NCBI GenBank assembly: GCA_000004985.1
Contig: GG738875.1
Direction: 5' to 3' (one strand)
Length of the DNA: 64,000 bases
Source of the DNA: Naegleria gruberi
Lineage: Eukaryota
Below, piece by piece: positions 61,274 to 64,000 of the stretch. A model generated the notes under the pieces. It searched no databases, had not been told where the DNA came from, and saw only the letters and a list, made by a program, of their open reading frames with translations. A program made the translations under genes and the position numbers. Position 1 is the first letter of the stretch; every line of letters starts with the position of its first letter.

Positions 61274-62689
61274 TCATTCATCCCAATAAATAATTCCCAT
61301 AGCTAAATCATCATCGTATTCATCCCCTCCTTCCACAAAAGCAATGCAATTTCCCTTAATGATATGATGTTTGGCTTGTTCTTCACTACCAACTTGGTAA
61401 ACTATCTTGTTGCAGACATTACACATTCTACTGGAAGAGGTGTGAAGTGGAAGAGAATCGTATTTGAGAGGACATTTGTAGATCCATTCACATTGGTTGA
61501 TGAGATTCCATTCGTAACTCTTAATTGCAAAAGATTCGTTTCTTGCTGATGCAAGGTTGACTGAAGGCATGTGTAGCTTGATATGGTCAATTCTTCTTCT
61601 GAGAACGTGGAGCCAATTCTTGATATTTAAATTATTTTTCCTAAAGTTAGGGAAGTAGAAACAAACTAATGGTTTCCAAATTTCCAATTGAACTCGTGTA
61701 AATAGTTCACTCTCTTCATTTATCATAGCAATTGAATTCTTGAGTGATTTCTCAATTGAATGAGATTGTGAAATAATTCTTCTATTGAAGAATAGACTCA
61801 ATAATGATTGATTACCCATCGCAAATCTATTCAATTCTGATAAATTCAAGAAACTTGCAATTAATATCAAAATTTCAGATGGTAATTCATTTACAGTAAA
61901 TTGTTGAATGGAATTAATTGTTCTCAGTTCTACCAAAACTCGACCGACATTCAATAATCCATTGAAAAGACTATGTGGAATAGATGCTGAATTCGGAATA
62001 TCCAATTCTAATCCAATACTTGCCACATTATCTACTGCTTCCTGAATTATACTATTCAAATTTAGAGATGCTCTCAGGTTTTCATATGTTTGATTCCAAA
62101 CCACGTGTGAATTTTCATAGGAAGCTACCACTTTCAGTCCGTATGCAATCATCGGTTCCATCTTCAACAATTCCAAAAAATCTGCCTTTTCCTTTGTAAT
62201 TTTCTCTCCAGCTCTCAAAAGTAAAAAATCTGTCGATGCATATACATCCTGTTGAGCTATGTCTCCAACCTTTGCCTTTGCTTCAAATTTGAAAGATTGA
62301 ATTTGTTCAATCAATTCTTCAATTTCTGTTGAATTTGTAAAGATTAGTCCAACATTTCCTCTCAAATATTCGCAAATTTGATAAAGAACTTCTGGATTGT
62401 GCTTCCACTCTGATGGTTTCACATTAAATTGAATATCCTGAGCCAAGTTTCGAATAGCACTTCTGATCAATGTATTCTTTCCCACCAATAATTCGGCCTT
62501 CTCTCTCAATTTCATTCGAACTATTTGTAACTGATCCGATTTCATTCGAGGATGTATTTTAATAATAATTACATTCGAATGATCATGAAAATGTTGAATG
62601 ACCTTCTCGAATTTTGCACATTTATGAGAGAGACCCTTCTTTTCGGAATGAAATTGTTGTTTTGAAGCTGATTCGTCCAAGTTTTTCAT
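61274..62689 (-). CDS. Ribosomal P0/Mrt4 (uL10)-like domain fused to an F-box and a Cys-rich C-terminal domain (intact paralog).
   Basis: QLQIVRMKLREKAELLVGKNTLIRSAIR, LRGNVGLIFTNSTEIEELIEQIQSFKF and LLRAGEKITKEKADFLELL match uL10/P0/Mrt4 conserved blocks. F-box-like LPSEILILIASFLNLSELNRFAMGNQS. C-terminal CPLKYDSL...CNVCNKIVYQV. Confidence 0.6.
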   Translation of the reverse strand: MKNLDESASKQQFHSEKKGLSHKCAKFEKVIQHFHDHSNVIIIKIHPRMKSDQLQIVRMKLREKAELLVGKNTLIRSAIRNLAQDIQFNVKPSEWKHNPEVLYQICEYLRGNVGLIFTNSTEIEELIEQIQSFKFEAKAKVGDIAQQDVYASTDFLLLRAGEKITKEKADFLELLKMEPMIAYGLKVVASYENSHVVWNQTYENLRASLNLNSIIQEAVDNVASIGLELDIPNSASIPHSLFNGLLNVGRVLVELRTINSIQQFTVNELPSEILILIASFLNLSELNRFAMGNQSLLSLFFNRRIISQSHSIEKSLKNSIAMINEESELFTRVQLEIWKPLVCFYFPNFRKNNLNIKNWLHVLRRRIDHIKLHMPSVNLASARNESFAIKSYEWNLINQCEWIYKCPLKYDSLPLHTSSSRMCNVCNKIVYQVGSEEQAKHHIIKGNCIAFVEGGDEYDDDLAMGIIYWDE

Positions 62690-62807
62690 TCCAACTCAAC
62701 CTCTGAAGGAATATCAATGCATTTCCAGCTGGTTCAGTAACCTTTCTAGTCATCAACTCCATTCGAGAATCGTAAAATATCGTCGATCCACCCTCAAACT
62801 CTCCATC

Positions 62808-63353
62808 CTATTGAGAATTCAGATAAATAATGAGAGTGAGATAACTCTTTGTTTTGTTCTTGTGATCCTCAAAGCTGCCATCGACGTGTTTGTTGAAATA
62901 ATGCCCTGGTTTATACTTGCATAATCTCCAACGAGGATTTATACTTGCTAAGTGCAATGTTCTGCCATCCTTACTCAATGTTTGTGGCAGATGTTGCTTT
63001 ATACGATTCCAGACTATTTCAGTAAATTTTGGATCGTCACTCATTAAACGATCATTAAATCGATCATTATAGGCATAGCAAAACTTATCCGCATCCTCAT
63101 ATCCCATCTTTTCACTCAACTCTATCATTAATTTACATTCGTCTTTTGAAAGCACTTGATCCAATACGAAACATGGTTTCTTTACTTGTTCAACCTCCTC
63201 AACTGTTTTTCTTGAAACTCGTGGACACCAATTATTCGAATCCATCAGAAGCATATTTTTTTGTATTTGTGAAATATTCTCATCATTAGAATCATTCAGT
63301 ATTGGTGCATAGACCATCTCGTTCCATCCTGTAGGAGCAGAAAGTAAAGTCAT
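62808..63353 (-). CDS. 2-oxoglutarate/Fe(II)-dependent oxygenase (prolyl-4-hydroxylase-like) N-terminal part. The ORF is terminated by a TAG inside the conserved core. The conserved continuation is at ~62640-62807.
   Basis: RWRLCKYKPGHYFNKHVDG...SYLTLIIYLN matches the P4H/2OG-FeII HxD...TxLxYLN block. Immediately after the TAG the same frame encodes DGEFEGGSTIFY...AGNALIF, matching the EGGET.F...G.ALLF blocks. Confidence 0.5.
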   Translation of the reverse strand: MTLLSAPTGWNEMVYAPILNDSNDENISQIQKNMLLMDSNNWCPRVSRKTVEEVEQVKKPCFVLDQVLSKDECKLMIELSEKMGYEDADKFCYAYNDRFNDRLMSDDPKFTEIVWNRIKQHLPQTLSKDGRTLHLASINPRWRLCKYKPGHYFNKHVDGSFEDHKNKTKSYLTLIIYLNSQ

Positions 63354-63516
63354 TTTTTTTTAATTTTGTGTGCTTTTTTTATTTTGCACTTTTAATTATT
63401 TTACAAAGTTATTAATAGAATTTTTACTTTTTTTAGAATGATTTCAAAGTTCATCATCAAATAACCAGTTATTAGTTTACAATATTTACAATATTTACAA
63501 TGAGGTGCTGATTAAG

Positions 63517-63855
63517 TTACATTAGTTTTTCAGCCACTTTATCCCTTAGTTCTTCAAGTTGCTCTGCACCTAATACTCGCTTTTGTGTCTTGTTTGAAAC
63601 AAGAACAGTTGGTTTAGTCCCGATGGCACCTCCTTCTACATTTCCAATTCTAAATGTAGTCATCACAATTCCTGCAACGTTTGGTTGACCATTGACAGTT
63701 CTGTCATCATTCAACATTTCTTCGTTATCTTCTTCTTCTTGAGAACTTGATTCGTCCACAGTTTTGAAAACAGTTGCTTGGTCACCAATAGCACATTCTC
63801 TTGCTTTCTTTATATCAAAAACTGAAACCTCATCCTTGCATTCTTGTCCTGTCAA
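63517..63855 (-). CDS. Hypothetical protein, possibly one exon of a multi-exon gene.
   Basis: 112-aa ORF. No recognisable motif. Confidence 0.25.
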   Translation of the reverse strand: MTGQECKDEVSVFDIKKARECAIGDQATVFKTVDESSSQEEEDNEEMLNDDRTVNGQPNVAGIVMTTFRIGNVEGGAIGTKPTVLVSNKTQKRVLGAEQLEELRDKVAEKLM

Positions 63856-64000
63856 TTGAGGAATGTTTACAATTTCGTCATCTTCGCTGCTATCCTTTAC
63901 AACATAGCAAGAATTTGTTCCAACTGCAGCTTGCTTACACTGGTTGATTTCAAATACTGAAGAAACAGAGGAGGAGTAGCACTCTTACAGTTTGAATTTC

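Noticed and set aside
1-64000. Interpretation as a prokaryotic or phage defence island or operon.
   Set aside because: Genes have canonical GTAAGT...AG spliceosomal introns. Domains are eukaryote-specific (actin, F-box, CDC25, BTB, EF-hand NCS). The two tRNAs are nuclear type. There are no Shine-Dalgarno-spaced, co-directional tightly packed ORFs. I found no transposase, integrase, reverse transcriptase or CRISPR-like signals.

Overview
This window is AT-rich (roughly 65% A+T), intron-poor nuclear DNA from a eukaryotic microbe (probably an amoeboid protist), not a prokaryotic locus. The evidence: long ORFs interrupted only occasionally by short GTAAGT...AG introns; two nuclear-type tRNA genes; three 50-nt N scaffold gaps (1791-1840, 3849-3898, 43074-43123); and proteins with typically eukaryotic domains (actin, F-box, ankyrin, BTB, CDC25 RasGEF, EF-hand, EGF, protein kinase, RI-type LRR). 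I see about 35 protein-coding loci on both strands and no transposon, CRISPR or operon-like structure.

The main points of interest are:
(1) Two tandem paralogs at 59.4-62.7 kb fuse a ribosomal P0/Mrt4 (uL10)-like domain to an F-box and a Cys-rich C-terminal domain. One copy is broken by a compensating -1/+1 indel pair.
(2) A 1623-aa receptor-like protein combines a signal peptide, an NHL-type beta-propeller, about five tandem tenascin-type EGF units (219-bp DNA repeats with a two-unit higher-order pattern), a TM helix and a protein kinase with DWG in place of DFG.
(3) A 2503-aa protein carries a DOCK DHR-1-like segment upstream of a C-terminal CDC25 RasGEF domain.
(4) One protein fuses an F-box to a Ras-like GTPase that lacks the catalytic Gln.
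(5) A secreted 685-aa protein ends in a DUF3494 ice-binding-like beta-helix domain.
(6) A ~4.15-kb tandem segmental duplication (38.97-47.25 kb) has its junction inside an assembly gap. The copies differ by a 10-bp frameshifting deletion in an MRH-domain gene and by two LRR units in an F-box/LRR gene.
(7) A 2OG-Fe(II) oxygenase-like gene has an in-frame TAG inside its conserved core.

All functional calls rest on motif recognition by eye and need an HMM or BLAST check.
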